IMG/VR virus record: IMGVR_UViG_3300027891_000004
Span: 1-64,000 of that record
DNA: 64,000 bases
Source of the DNA: a virus
Lineage: Duplodnaviria; Caudoviricetes
Strand: one strand, 5' to 3'
The translations under genes were made by a program, and so were the position numbers. Under the pieces are notes generated by a model. It saw only the letters and a list, made by a program, of their open reading frames with translations, made no database searches and was not told where the DNA came from. Below are positions 43,601 to 52,886 of this stretch, one piece after another; the first letter of the stretch is position 1, and each line of letters opens with the position of its first letter.

Positions 43601-44917
43601 TTCCAGACTGGGCAGTTTTCCTTCCAGCTCTCCCTTTTCATTCTTTGCGTTGGCCAGTAGCGTCTCCGTTTCGCCGTAATCCTGCCCGTCGATAGGGTTC
43701 GCCAACTTCTCTTCCGATTCTTGTATGAAATTTTCCAGGAACGCGATACGGTCTTCGGTATCGGCCACCTTTTGCGACGCGGCTATAAATAGCTCTTGGA
43801 CATCCCTAAAGCTAAGTTCTGCCTGCTCCGCCGCTTCCTGTTTCTCTTTTGCTTTCTTTTCGGCCTCGGTCCAATCAACGCTGCCCACCTCGAAAACACG
43901 GCATATCCGGGGATCGGGTACGGGCATTAAATCATCTTCCAACGGGGAGATCGGAAAATCGTATACGAATATAGGCAACACGGTTAGCCTTATTTCGTGC
44001 GGCTCTGGTTTCTGGGTGTCGTTCACGTTCGTATGGACCACGTTTCCGTATGTAATTTCGCCCTCCTCATTTATTTGCATGTCGCTGATGGCCTTATCCC
44101 ATAACGATTGGACAATAAACTGGAATTTATCGTCCACGGTCTTTTCCAGCCATTTTTGGAATTTTTCGCACGACCAGCCCAAAAAACCCCACGCGGTACA
44201 GCAGCCGGGATAGGGGCAGTATTTGACGCCGTGTGCAAACGTTACGGGGATGCCCGACGTATTCGCCTTCCCTTCGTATATCAAAGTGCCACGGTAGAAA
44301 ACAACGCAATGATCCTGCCCGTCTTGGAGGACGTAATAGCCGTTCGTAAACGGCATCTCCATAATATACGGTCGTTTCGGATTCTGCCAGAAATTGTTTC
44401 TCGGTATGATAAGCGTTTCCGCGCCGTCGCTGCTACTATTTGGGGGTGCCAACCGTGGCGGGTTACATTGTATTTTACCGGGCCGCCACGGGACCAAATG
44501 CCCGTGGCGTGGTCGTATAATTTGGGCCTTATTGTTGCCCCTGTTCGGGTTATCCCAACATATCGTAATCGTATCGGTAGTCGGCGGCTTGCATTCGGCA
44601 AGATTCTCGATAGGTGGCGGGACCAACTCCGCCGTAACATACGTATTCAACGGATAGATTTGCAGCATTGAATTGGAGCCGGGGTCGAGAAAGAAAACAA
44701 CTCCGTCCGGGTTGACCACGTAAACGCCGCCGTCCTCCGTAAGACAGTAATAGGGTTTCGTAACCGGGTGGCATACCGGCCTTTCGCAGCTACTCAGATC
44801 GTGGTCGGGCGGCCAGTAGACGCCGGGGTAAGCGTACCGATGCGTAGTTACGCCGTTTAAAATATACGCGCCGGTTTTTATCGTCCCGGCGCATCTGCTA
44901 CACTCAGATAATGGCAT
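37667..44917 (-). CDS. 2416-aa Cys-rich protein at the end of the tail operon
   Basis: Longest ORF; coiled coil at about aa 350-640; many Cys and CC pairs; overlaps the upstream stop. Confidence 0.8.
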   Translation of the reverse strand: MPLSECSRCAGTIKTGAYILNGVTTHRYAYPGVYWPPDHDLSSCERPVCHPVTKPYYCLTEDGGVYVVNPDGVVFFLDPGSNSMLQIYPLNTYVTAELVPPPIENLAECKPPTTDTITICWDNPNRGNNKAQIIRPRHGHLVPWRPGKIQCNPPRLAPPNSSSDGAETLIIPRNNFWQNPKRPYIMEMPFTNGYYVLQDGQDHCVVFYRGTLIYEGKANTSGIPVTFAHGVKYCPYPGCCTAWGFLGWSCEKFQKWLEKTVDDKFQFIVQSLWDKAISDMQINEEGEITYGNVVHTNVNDTQKPEPHEIRLTVLPIFVYDFPISPLEDDLMPVPDPRICRVFEVGSVDWTEAEKKAKEKQEAAEQAELSFRDVQELFIAASQKVADTEDRIAFLENFIQESEEKLANPIDGQDYGETETLLANAKNEKGELEGKLPSLESERDGLENDLIVMLPDYEAAMVASEQWNKALNDLQRSGELLGLVKVATATGVITGVFNETDMDALVTPAESELMATSKTLLLKNKAYKANERKITALGRRIAQLEADLYDLSLEKSIWDTWLLNNTNTDPRYPMVVAWLQIVNSRISSRNTEHTSCVSNLDSAKTQRDIFIQELQDGWSDIFELRTKLAYLRAVKEAIDDTKLETLIDDRVLWSFRDDAYWAKPLPEEKLGSILFGCDYEFQYHLSEVEYHDNCEDKVPTYPRHKTWYEGSSGNILPNDVRVTFSKWMEQCCLVCFEDSSGECSELNCGGGCGCDPPSGCSDCYQINGGKPGTDKEPEEDRKDKEPTWSHRPRGSCDPDLADRILRVHPTFCDEYDPVYQDGWIVMPGIGYRLPTFDAYFIACKQDDEGRPATIKRTVQCHGEGCVAKLEPLGGRIFPIRSDSGYATNYAYIVRDMANCRTKKDYTVIGRIDVVNLNGLYRQLPGMVRPDNDNVSDSQLGFNAVHALVLRAPHTVERDNATGFTEQWARDDDPVELRKYFTLFYPAYLTRPGFEIPNDVDIHQRMHRYERGSAPSPPQTELEEDTTKFNTYPIPSPPSESLPDENGTTWKFGRFEKKGLFWYAHWFTAPIKVKDLRARLIARDVQKELDNPTGHFEDETEILQYWTDYWTDYFKSRGRGDDDEIPDWDENDKPKTLERKMPVPPQDAHVRETDSTSGVIGKWYVQGPIYRKDDIFDPPDPPRMVTEQILVGEDLITVTHPPKDDQESGIWWRQWIQCWGDPEGLPLRVGTQEGDVYYMRYSIQASSPTQDPINIDEYCFWTGFHWENGRRPFSEIGGKTNSELAIFYKNMGQMDLRPTTEYQASTGDWETCAQAKALFVGKVASMTACGDMLAVNLDADGTHRKVLYKNADILWSLEAGSRAFIAPNGEQMREGMRCLGDTYAVATYSIGDNVQMFRLWMLDFSESLESTVNTGRTVLKEFSQSFDYDKVPDIFSLRSSWVSRADIEKYGNAIMKNYLLVQSRDGTTLYAFYKGRLVKTYADGSTSCNCICGPRYALVYRPGEGRPNPCGGTGDTSVDVWLDGRVAHEAISAQVLLGGAIVVTCMFAKTVNCEEHVRGCSTSITIRKAVFTDAGDSKTWVSLLRVCMGDYYMESDALSTGLFPLSEIGDWSLFIVGDSGDVTEPGGVIGASFTLYKWNSKTERMVPTGCSVDMSITGQHVWSTCPRSMLGDMPGGIYAWGESRWSMGGGGSSRGISMGWGGCAALSTDPETKHTRQAQIMGSYYDYSQTTTGGFNSYIVQYNSAVAAWASDDPEDIGELDGKVQCMGFEGGSSCGVSSGWETGDTSAVIWCCQIPPNMAGISTFGNTMLAVDTDGHVVPNKIVHYRGELSWVCACRSSARCGNYTQITDVDTKNITTYYGNTLLNETTPFASCCGDGVLGDGEYALFESGNFYYKSKKLDGDFRNYTVTGCCGNGVILRGTSVHFIEGKPTLVPDGDQVLFINGTRNINVSGEAPISNGTLPTTDKLSLGEDNFSISCCGRDYYVVQRGSFYRKRPDIEITTEIRQCPRDVEPCADTSGMFFYYYQDCPLGQKVKLVSVDENGVELEYEAELVEIAVYEGQTEPNKTGPTGGQEPQYFYIFERPKRWKTKIKDLRGDEVDVYFEHDLAYSFDTNNEGYVRHGFLQEERVGYVPWKYKYMGETPDERAAYVFYSTEERVVANEPPKLLSTDPRISNIVCFRYENKGTIAAPVFHGIAAYSMFYDDPWNNERDDHMDWKDMGVGQSVVTWSRKQPVVKNLLPLYERYDCFGGKGPDDMNIWDYPCDCELRAKIKQSYPNVCIIVWNRELHDSLKIHKDDVPYIPFHKIGERKEVSEADAITHPLRDRCIYVNDYNTAVRYDRLTANDPVDCWQNTFYSEAAGTGDFWLAAPMYNGEMSVANDPLDKSGRLVVSGNNTIYVWDRSFNRLEFSALTKERLQ

Positions 44918-47900
44918 TATGAAAGGTTTTCAACGTCAGGATCGGATGAGAATAGATGTATTCCGAAAAGGTCCAAATCGAGAAACATCCAATCGTCCGA
45001 GCCAGAGACAAGATTAGGGACTGGGAAAGCCGCATTATTTTTATGCAACGTGATTCTAAGCTCAAACCCGTGAAATTCAATGCCGCTATACGTGCTATCA
45101 ATCGTTCGCAATTCCATTTCATGCTCCGTTCCGTATACCACAGAATTGGACGCAAAAGAAAGAGGAGGAAGCGTGTCCAAAAGGTAACTGGAACCATTTG
45201 ACGTTTGCCCAGTATCGATAGTATTCGCACTGCCGTACGTTATGCCATACAATTCAACCTTTACATCCGCTTCTATACTCGCCGGGGACACGAGGCCCGG
45301 AGGAGGTCCGTAGGCCAACTTAAATCTCGGGCACCAATGGCTTACCTCATACTGTTTCCTGTTTCCTGTGCCCGATAAACGGTTCCCAAACCGGTATATA
45401 TACGCTATTTTGGAATCCGATCCGTACATTTGGGGAAAATCTTCGTGCCACGAATAAGTCAACGATGCAGCCGTGTGTATGCGTACACTTGCCGACGCAC
45501 CTGGGATGTTTGAAAAAGGCGCAAAGAAATTAGTCGCCGGACTCCAATTCTGCCATAAATTGTCTTTATTCGACCAAGCCCGGCCGTCAACGCCGATATA
45601 CGTAAAAACATCCAGGGTCGAAAGGTCGTGATAAAAGTTATAAAATAGCGAATCCAACACGCCCTCGTTTCCGTCGATGACGGATTGTTCCACGGGGTAA
45701 GAAACGGGAATAAAAGGAACAACTCGAATTTGTGAATTTCTCCACTTGTCGTAAGGAATAAACACAGGGACTGTTCTCGTATTTATGGCCCCTTTTGTTG
45801 GGGTGGAAATCAACGGATCGGAATCCTCGCTTATTAACACGGCCTCCTCTTCCCCGTCCGGTATGTACTCCGATTGCATGTTTACCCCCGTCTGTTTATC
45901 ATACGAAAACTCCCACGTTCCGTTTACGGCCGGTTCGTTATCGAAAGCGACCAAACTGTATGTAATTCTGTCCAACGTTAGATTTTCCAATTTAGAAACC
46001 AGCAATTCGTCGCCGGTTCTAAACACGATATCCAACGGCTCCGAAACCGCATTCGCAGACAGCGAGGGCGGGAATAGACCGTCTTTAACATGCGCGCGTA
46101 TCCTCGCCACGTAGTTTTCATTCGCATCCAAACCACGCAACGTAAACGACTGGGCGCGTATGTCGGTCAACACGTTATCGGCATCCGTAACTGTCTCCCA
46201 ATCAACTATCGTTTCGGGGCCTTCGCCGATACCGTACTCTATACTGTAATGGGAGAAATAGGGGGTCATAACCTCGTCTTCCCATTTCCAAAGCAGAGTA
46301 ACCGTATTCCAATATACCGTAAACCCGTCTTCTATAGCGCCCGGTCGCGTTTCCGGCGGCTGGACAATATCCGAGCTTGTTATCTCAATAGTTGCCCCAT
46401 CGATAATATAGCTCCAACTGGAACTCCCGATATGAGTAATCATTCGCATCCTATACGCATAACGGGTCTCCGGCATCAAACCTCTATCTACATACGAGGT
46501 AACGGAAATCGGATTGCTATTAGCATCTTGCAGCGGTATAGAAATTTCTTTAACGCTATCAGAATCAAACCCATCAGGATCACCAAATTCAATCCGTTGC
46601 AATTGGTAACGGATAGGAATCGCCTCTTCGCCGCATGGATGTTCCGGCTGCCTAATATCAAACGTCAAACTACCGAACGTAGGCGCAGGGGCGGGCAACA
46701 TCTCAATCTCCGGGGCAAGGGGCGTATTGGGGAACACGTCAAACGAGTAGGTGTACCGAACGATAAGAATTTGCTCCTCTTCCTTAATAATCGGATCGTC
46801 CTCAAAACTCACGCCGGAAATCACGTTTCCTACATAGGACGACCACCGATGACTTTTATTCACAACCATAGGCAACAGCCCATCAGACGTTACCATCATG
46901 TACCGTCGTTCGTCCTCCACGCCGAACAAATGATCTCGTAACCGTGTAAGCTGGTACTGATCGAAAACAAAACCAGGCTGATAATCGCTCGAAGCGCATT
47001 GTTTTACGTTTTTTGTTTTCGTAGGGCATTTCCACGTAAGGGGGCTGGTATCCTCTAATACATGTGTAAACGGCAGATAGTATTCGTTTCCAATAAGAGA
47101 ACCGGTACAATAAGCATTAGGGTCTGTAACATTACTGGAAGACGAAAAGGGCATTTGTCCGATAGCGTAGGGCAATACTGCGACTCTAACAGGCGGGCTA
47201 ACGTGCGCCGCCAAATTCGAGTACATGGCCGATTTCAAATAGGACGCCACATTTATTTTTAATTTGTAGACCCCGATACCGAACCCGCCCGGCTCCTTCG
47301 AGGTTTCTTCATAATCTCCGATACCCATACTGATAAAGATTTCAACGGTATCCTCGTCGGCCGTCTCCCCGCGACGTGCAACCATTACCGGTTGGCAGTT
47401 AGAAAAAGCTGCGGGGATTTCAAACGGGCACGTAACGACGCCCACGACGGCATTGTGGGAAGTACTTACCGTACCGTGTATTTGCGGCTGGACGGCGATG
47501 GACACTGTACGGGACCCGGCACCCCCCGCGTTTGATAGCGTAGCGATTGCCAACTTTATGGCACGTGTGCCGCCTTCGTCGTTTCCGGCAACCACACCAT
47601 GCCCCAAAACCATCCCGCCGCGTACCGTCGCGTTTATGTTTGTAACCGAGTTTGCGTTAAACAATTGGTTCGGTGATACCAAGTCGTTTAACATTTCCGT
47701 TTCTGTCGCGGTAGGCCCGCCTACCACGGCGGGTTTGCCGTAGTCGTAGTAGGCCATTTTTGACGGCGGCAATGACGCGACTCCCGTATCCTGATTAAAC
47801 GACACAGAGGGCACGGGCGCATACATAGCGTCGCCCCAAACCGTACCCGCACTGAAATTAGCGAACCTTTGCCGCGTCCGCACAAACGGAGCAAGCAAAT

Positions 47901-48858
47901 ACGTACCTATAGAAGTATTGGGCCGCAACCTTCGGGGCGCTCCGGGCATGTCGGAAGTGGTATAGCCACTCGATTTAGGCGCACCTTCGCTATAAGACGT
48001 TCCAGAAGTGCCACCGCCTACTGAGGGCCAGGCCGAATCCCATGTTTTATTGGCAAACGTTTGTGAAAACGAGGTATTGAGGTAGGCGTTAGAACGGCTG
48101 CTCCCGTATTCACCGGGGTAAACTCCCAATACCATACTATAGATTTCCGCAACGCCTTCGCTCTTCATATACCCGAACGTATACGAAGGATTGCCGTTAA
48201 GATTACTCCATTTGCATTCGCCCCAACTTAGTTGCATAAACCGTGCCCTGTCTTCCGACCGATCATGCCCAGACATTTGGACAACCGCCAAATTTCTATT
48301 TGATCCAAGTTTACCCACATTGTAGGGTTCGCCCCAATTGGGGAATATCATGGCCCTCGTAACCATGTTATCAACGCCGGACAAAGTATTATTGAAATAG
48401 GGTGGTATCTGCGTTGTTGCATCGACCCTACACGGCACGGACAACAGGAACACTCCGTAAGTGGCCCGACTCTCTTTGGAGGCGAACGTACCGCACGAGC
48501 ACCGTATTGCCTGATGCCCGTTTGTCTGCGTCACGCCGGTAACATCGGTAGCCGTTTTGGAATGGCTACCCAACATGGCACTGATCGGGTTGACTATAAT
48601 ATTGCGGGCCCGGTTATCTTCAGAAGCGGGCTGCCCGGAAATCGCATGGGATGGCGTAGGGTCGTCAATTTGGTGTCCGAAACGGACGGAATTATTATAG
48701 ACTCCAAGATTGCCAGCCATAAGCCAGCGGGCGAACGGTTCCGTCAGATGGTTCTGCTTGCGCACGTGTTTGACAACTCGATTGGTTGCCTTGTCGATAA
48801 GCAAAACATCAACAAACCCCTGCACGCCAAAATTATTATTTTTACAATTATCTTTCAT
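44917..48858 (-). CDS. Large tail/baseplate protein with FN3 domains (paralogue 3)
   Basis: GFVDVLLIDK.T..V.KHVR.QN..TEPFARWL; FN3 motifs GLMPETRYAYRMR and GLDANENYVARIRA. Confidence 0.8.
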   Translation of the reverse strand: MKDNCKNNNFGVQGFVDVLLIDKATNRVVKHVRKQNHLTEPFARWLMAGNLGVYNNSVRFGHQIDDPTPSHAISGQPASEDNRARNIIVNPISAMLGSHSKTATDVTGVTQTNGHQAIRCSCGTFASKESRATYGVFLLSVPCRVDATTQIPPYFNNTLSGVDNMVTRAMIFPNWGEPYNVGKLGSNRNLAVVQMSGHDRSEDRARFMQLSWGECKWSNLNGNPSYTFGYMKSEGVAEIYSMVLGVYPGEYGSSRSNAYLNTSFSQTFANKTWDSAWPSVGGGTSGTSYSEGAPKSSGYTTSDMPGAPRRLRPNTSIGTYLLAPFVRTRQRFANFSAGTVWGDAMYAPVPSVSFNQDTGVASLPPSKMAYYDYGKPAVVGGPTATETEMLNDLVSPNQLFNANSVTNINATVRGGMVLGHGVVAGNDEGGTRAIKLAIATLSNAGGAGSRTVSIAVQPQIHGTVSTSHNAVVGVVTCPFEIPAAFSNCQPVMVARRGETADEDTVEIFISMGIGDYEETSKEPGGFGIGVYKLKINVASYLKSAMYSNLAAHVSPPVRVAVLPYAIGQMPFSSSSNVTDPNAYCTGSLIGNEYYLPFTHVLEDTSPLTWKCPTKTKNVKQCASSDYQPGFVFDQYQLTRLRDHLFGVEDERRYMMVTSDGLLPMVVNKSHRWSSYVGNVISGVSFEDDPIIKEEEQILIVRYTYSFDVFPNTPLAPEIEMLPAPAPTFGSLTFDIRQPEHPCGEEAIPIRYQLQRIEFGDPDGFDSDSVKEISIPLQDANSNPISVTSYVDRGLMPETRYAYRMRMITHIGSSSWSYIIDGATIEITSSDIVQPPETRPGAIEDGFTVYWNTVTLLWKWEDEVMTPYFSHYSIEYGIGEGPETIVDWETVTDADNVLTDIRAQSFTLRGLDANENYVARIRAHVKDGLFPPSLSANAVSEPLDIVFRTGDELLVSKLENLTLDRITYSLVAFDNEPAVNGTWEFSYDKQTGVNMQSEYIPDGEEEAVLISEDSDPLISTPTKGAINTRTVPVFIPYDKWRNSQIRVVPFIPVSYPVEQSVIDGNEGVLDSLFYNFYHDLSTLDVFTYIGVDGRAWSNKDNLWQNWSPATNFFAPFSNIPGASASVRIHTAASLTYSWHEDFPQMYGSDSKIAYIYRFGNRLSGTGNRKQYEVSHWCPRFKLAYGPPPGLVSPASIEADVKVELYGITYGSANTIDTGQTSNGSSYLLDTLPPLSFASNSVVYGTEHEMELRTIDSTYSGIEFHGFELRITLHKNNAAFPVPNLVSGSDDWMFLDLDLFGIHLFSSDPDVENLS

Positions 48859-48863
48859 GTCTA

Positions 48864-51800
48864 TCAGCTTTCAATTACTGGCGTATAATCGCCATCTATA
48901 ATAATACCCCACATAAACAAACTTAACTGAAGTTCTTCTTGGACCGAGTTATCTCCCAAATGACCGGGCACAGAGCCGGGGCCCTCTACCAACCAACCGG
49001 GCTGACCCGTTTCGTTCCATATCGTCCATTCCAACTCAAACCGCTCAAATGTTTTCGCTGCGTTCGGACCTTTTACTTGGACCAGCGGACGGCGGATAGT
49101 CGATAGCGAATTCGTAAAGGTGTTCGGATTTGAACTTGTTTGCGTTAAACCGCGAGCGTCGAAAATATTACCTATCTCGATTCTAGGGGGATTGGGGACG
49201 GAAATATCCTCGATCCCGTATAATTTCATATCGCATTGGACAGGGCTATTCCACGGCGTATGTATAGCCGATGTTGAGCTCCCTGTTCGCTTATACTTAC
49301 GCAAAAAGAAAGGCATCTTCCACGCGATACATTTAACGGCCGTAGGCGTATCTGAGCCTATCGCATTATTGAACCCAAGCTGGATACGAATATACCTTTG
49401 TTTATAAAACTCGGAACCCGTTTCATTTAATACGTCCGTGTTGGCGGCCAAGATAGCCGTAGGCCCCAAATCTAAATCATTTGCCGCTGCATTTACATTA
49501 GGCTTCAAGAATAGGCTAACCAAATTATTAACTCCCGGATTGGTATCAAAAAATCCGACGTTAGGCGTATATTCAAACGGCCCCGATTCCAGCAACGTTT
49601 TAGTGGACGCGCCGGTTATCTTGTGCAGACTACATTTCAAAGGGGGTGACGACTCGCTCGCGGCGCGGTACAACGCATGTGCCGTAGAAGCCTCTTCGGC
49701 CGCGTTCTCCGGAGTGTCCATAGGAAACGAGTCATTAAACGGCCACACTTGAACCCTAATATTACTCCACGTATCGTATGGTAGGCGGTCAAAACCCACC
49801 ACAGAATTTGCTTTTTCGAGAGAGATGGAATTAGTATAAACCACTTCTGTCTGTTGCGGGTCCGATTGATCGAATGGCGTAGACTCGTCGTCCTCCTCCC
49901 ACCGCACTTGGTAATTCATCAAACCGGCACCCTGATCTTCCCACTCGATCAGCATATCCCCTCTGTCAAAATGATAATTCGTCCGCGTTACGACAATATC
50001 GCCCACAGGCACGGGTTCCGGCAGGGAAGCGGTGGTGAATGAATTGCCGGGAATGCCCGACCATTCACTGAAATAGGGCACCGCGTCAAAACCGCCGTAA
50101 GGCACTTCGATATAATAATTACTATTTATCTCGGCCCTAATACGGACAAAATAGTTTGTACCGGGCGTCAACCCCGTTATCTGGATGGTGCCCGTATCGC
50201 GATTCAAAAGCTGGCTATCATCCACATCGATCCAACCGGGATCATCCGCCGGTAAATCTTCCACGTCGCCCCATGTATCGGAACCAACCTTCCTATATTG
50301 CAACCGGTATCGTGCAAAGAACAGGGAAATATCATCACGCATACCGGAGTCGTTGGACGGCGTCGGCTGCACCCATTCCCAATTAAGGGCGACGGCCCTT
50401 GCGCCTGTCGGCGGGTCTACGTTGAAATTGGTAACGGCCACCGGCTGATTTTGCAACGGCGGGGTAAGAATACCGTTCCCCATATTTGCATACACGGCTA
50501 TGGAACTACCGCCGGTATTTACGCCACGCAGGCTATAAAAATAGCGTGTATTGGGCAAAACGGTTTTATCGACAACGCCGTCGTCGTAAAATTCGGGGAA
50601 CAACATCGGCGGCAACAATGGAATTTTTACACTATTTACCAATTCGCCCGAACTGTCTACCGCCGTTGCCCGTCGCATAACGTACCGTTCCGTATGCGGC
50701 TTTTTCGCCCAGTCCAAAAGTACGCGGGTGGCGGACGGTGCCAATTGCGGGTAGTGCAGGGCAACAAAGTTAGAGGGCGCGGCGGGCGCGGGTGGCGATA
50801 TTTCAAACGTATACGTATACCTTACCACCAAAATTTGCGTGCCTAATTTTTCGATAGGTGTGTCCAAATTTAAGCCGGACATAACAAGGCCGTGCGAATG
50901 ATCCCAACGTTGCGTTGCGTTTACGCACACAGGCGAAAGCCCCTCTTCGTTTACGAGCATCGCAATACGGGGCGAAGTGAAAGCACCGGCACTAGAAAAA
51001 GGAGCAATAGCAAAGATACAATCGCTCATCGGATGCCTTATCAAACTGCCAGCATCACAATGGATACCCGGTTGAAAATCAGGCCCCGAACATAGCATAG
51101 GGGTCAACATGTCTACATCTAGTTCTGCCTCTTTCTCGTCAAAACTCCAATTATGTAGGCTTGTCCCCTTCAAGATATGCGAAATTGGAAGATAGTAACT
51201 ATCGTCTCGCACGACATCATACGAACCTACCGTGTACCTATTGCCAGGAAATGTAGTAGAAACCGGATAATTACTGGTGATAGTAACATCCGATTTGTTT
51301 CCGGAGCCGCCAGTATTGCCCGGAAATTGACCGATTGCATATGGCAACACGGCGACACGTCCGTAATTTGTAATCTCCGAAGGGTATGCGCCAAAAAAGT
51401 TGGTAAGGGTATAACTACCGCTACCTAGTAGATTTCGTAATTTTCCAATCTTTATTACAATTTTTTGGACCTCTATTCCGGTACCGCCGGGATGGACAAC
51501 GACTTTCCCCTCTATTGTTTCTGTAGATTCTTCAAAAGTACCCGAGCCCATAGAAACAAACACCTCAACAACATCGTCCTCAGGGGCAGCACCTCTTCTC
51601 GCCACCATAACAGGCGCGTTATTTTCGTATATCTGGCTATTTATGGGTGCTCTTTCAGTTGTTGACCCTTTAACCAACGACGACGTCAACTCCAATTTAG
51701 AACTTTCAAAGTATTGGACAGACGCACCTACTGTTTCCATAGTATCCTGCGTCGTCGTTAGCGCATATTGCGCACACAGCATAAGCTGACGTTTAACAAT

Positions 51801-52883
51801 CGTCCCAGTGGCAGATCCTGCGCTGTTTGTAGCGTGGACACCAGTGCCTGCCGTCCGGTTGTAGGCCCCTCGAACCACCCGGATAGCCACTCCGTTCCCA
51901 ATAGCGAACCCACCAGCGCATACCTTGCCTATGGCTTTAACTGGGTTCGAATTAAATGTCTCACCTGTAATACTGTTTGAACCAGAAGTATCGGAGGCAG
52001 CAGGAGAATCACTTATACGTCGTAATAACAAATCAAAATACCTCATACGCGACGTAGCCGCATGGGGCGCGTACAACCCATCCCCGTAAATCACGGTGCC
52101 TTCGGACAACGAGCGGCTCGAATGCCGGTTAAAAGCCGCAATTAAAAACCGGCCGTCGTCACTTAAAATCGCAGGCAAATTAAAAGATTTTTCAGCACCC
52201 GCCGACCATGTGTTATCCCACATAGTGGGCAACAATACGGGCGATTGGCGGACCGTAATGTGCGCGGGATAACCGTTACTAAACCCATCGGGAACTGCGC
52301 CTAGCACCACGCTATGTATGACCGCCGTGTCCGTATCATCTTTGACATACGTAGTTTGAAAAGAAGGGTTGCCGCCCAGCCGCGACCAGCGGCAGTTTGC
52401 CTCGCTTATGGACATTTCCTTCCCGGTATTTGAAGATGTCCGGGTTCCGTAATACTTAACGTTACTGGAAAGCTGCGAAAGGGATGGGCTAAAATAAGGC
52501 GGTATCTGCGTATTCTTCCCCAATTCAACACGTTTTTCTATCTGTCCCGACAAGTCAAAAAGAAATATACCAAAATCTCCGCTTCCGGTATGCGAAGTTA
52601 CTGTTTGTTGGTATTGATACGGGTAGCTGCCCAGAAGATCACTTATATTATTTTTTTCAAACGTTTTCGAGCCCGATAGCGTATCTGCCGTAGGGAGCGT
52701 AAGATTGCCGGTCAGTAGCCACCTTGCAAACGGTTCCGTAATTTGGTTCTTTTGACGTATGTGCTTTACAACTTTTTTTGTTTCGCGGTCAATTAAAAGG
52801 AATTCAACATAGCCCGCGAATTCAACCGGGTTGCATACTTCTGAAAATTTTATTTTTGCCATTTGTCTATAGGTGTTTATCAA
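48864..52883 (-). CDS. Large tail/baseplate protein with FN3 domains (paralogue 2)
   Basis: GYVEFLLIDRETK.VVKHIRQKNQITEPFARWL; LPNTRYFYSLR, GLTPGTNYFVRIRA. Confidence 0.8.
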   Translation of the reverse strand: MINTYRQMAKIKFSEVCNPVEFAGYVEFLLIDRETKKVVKHIRQKNQITEPFARWLLTGNLTLPTADTLSGSKTFEKNNISDLLGSYPYQYQQTVTSHTGSGDFGIFLFDLSGQIEKRVELGKNTQIPPYFSPSLSQLSSNVKYYGTRTSSNTGKEMSISEANCRWSRLGGNPSFQTTYVKDDTDTAVIHSVVLGAVPDGFSNGYPAHITVRQSPVLLPTMWDNTWSAGAEKSFNLPAILSDDGRFLIAAFNRHSSRSLSEGTVIYGDGLYAPHAATSRMRYFDLLLRRISDSPAASDTSGSNSITGETFNSNPVKAIGKVCAGGFAIGNGVAIRVVRGAYNRTAGTGVHATNSAGSATGTIVKRQLMLCAQYALTTTQDTMETVGASVQYFESSKLELTSSLVKGSTTERAPINSQIYENNAPVMVARRGAAPEDDVVEVFVSMGSGTFEESTETIEGKVVVHPGGTGIEVQKIVIKIGKLRNLLGSGSYTLTNFFGAYPSEITNYGRVAVLPYAIGQFPGNTGGSGNKSDVTITSNYPVSTTFPGNRYTVGSYDVVRDDSYYLPISHILKGTSLHNWSFDEKEAELDVDMLTPMLCSGPDFQPGIHCDAGSLIRHPMSDCIFAIAPFSSAGAFTSPRIAMLVNEEGLSPVCVNATQRWDHSHGLVMSGLNLDTPIEKLGTQILVVRYTYTFEISPPAPAAPSNFVALHYPQLAPSATRVLLDWAKKPHTERYVMRRATAVDSSGELVNSVKIPLLPPMLFPEFYDDGVVDKTVLPNTRYFYSLRGVNTGGSSIAVYANMGNGILTPPLQNQPVAVTNFNVDPPTGARAVALNWEWVQPTPSNDSGMRDDISLFFARYRLQYRKVGSDTWGDVEDLPADDPGWIDVDDSQLLNRDTGTIQITGLTPGTNYFVRIRAEINSNYYIEVPYGGFDAVPYFSEWSGIPGNSFTTASLPEPVPVGDIVVTRTNYHFDRGDMLIEWEDQGAGLMNYQVRWEEDDESTPFDQSDPQQTEVVYTNSISLEKANSVVGFDRLPYDTWSNIRVQVWPFNDSFPMDTPENAAEEASTAHALYRAASESSPPLKCSLHKITGASTKTLLESGPFEYTPNVGFFDTNPGVNNLVSLFLKPNVNAAANDLDLGPTAILAANTDVLNETGSEFYKQRYIRIQLGFNNAIGSDTPTAVKCIAWKMPFFLRKYKRTGSSTSAIHTPWNSPVQCDMKLYGIEDISVPNPPRIEIGNIFDARGLTQTSSNPNTFTNSLSTIRRPLVQVKGPNAAKTFERFELEWTIWNETGQPGWLVEGPGSVPGHLGDNSVQEELQLSLFMWGIIIDGDYTPVIES

Positions 52884-52886
52884 AAG

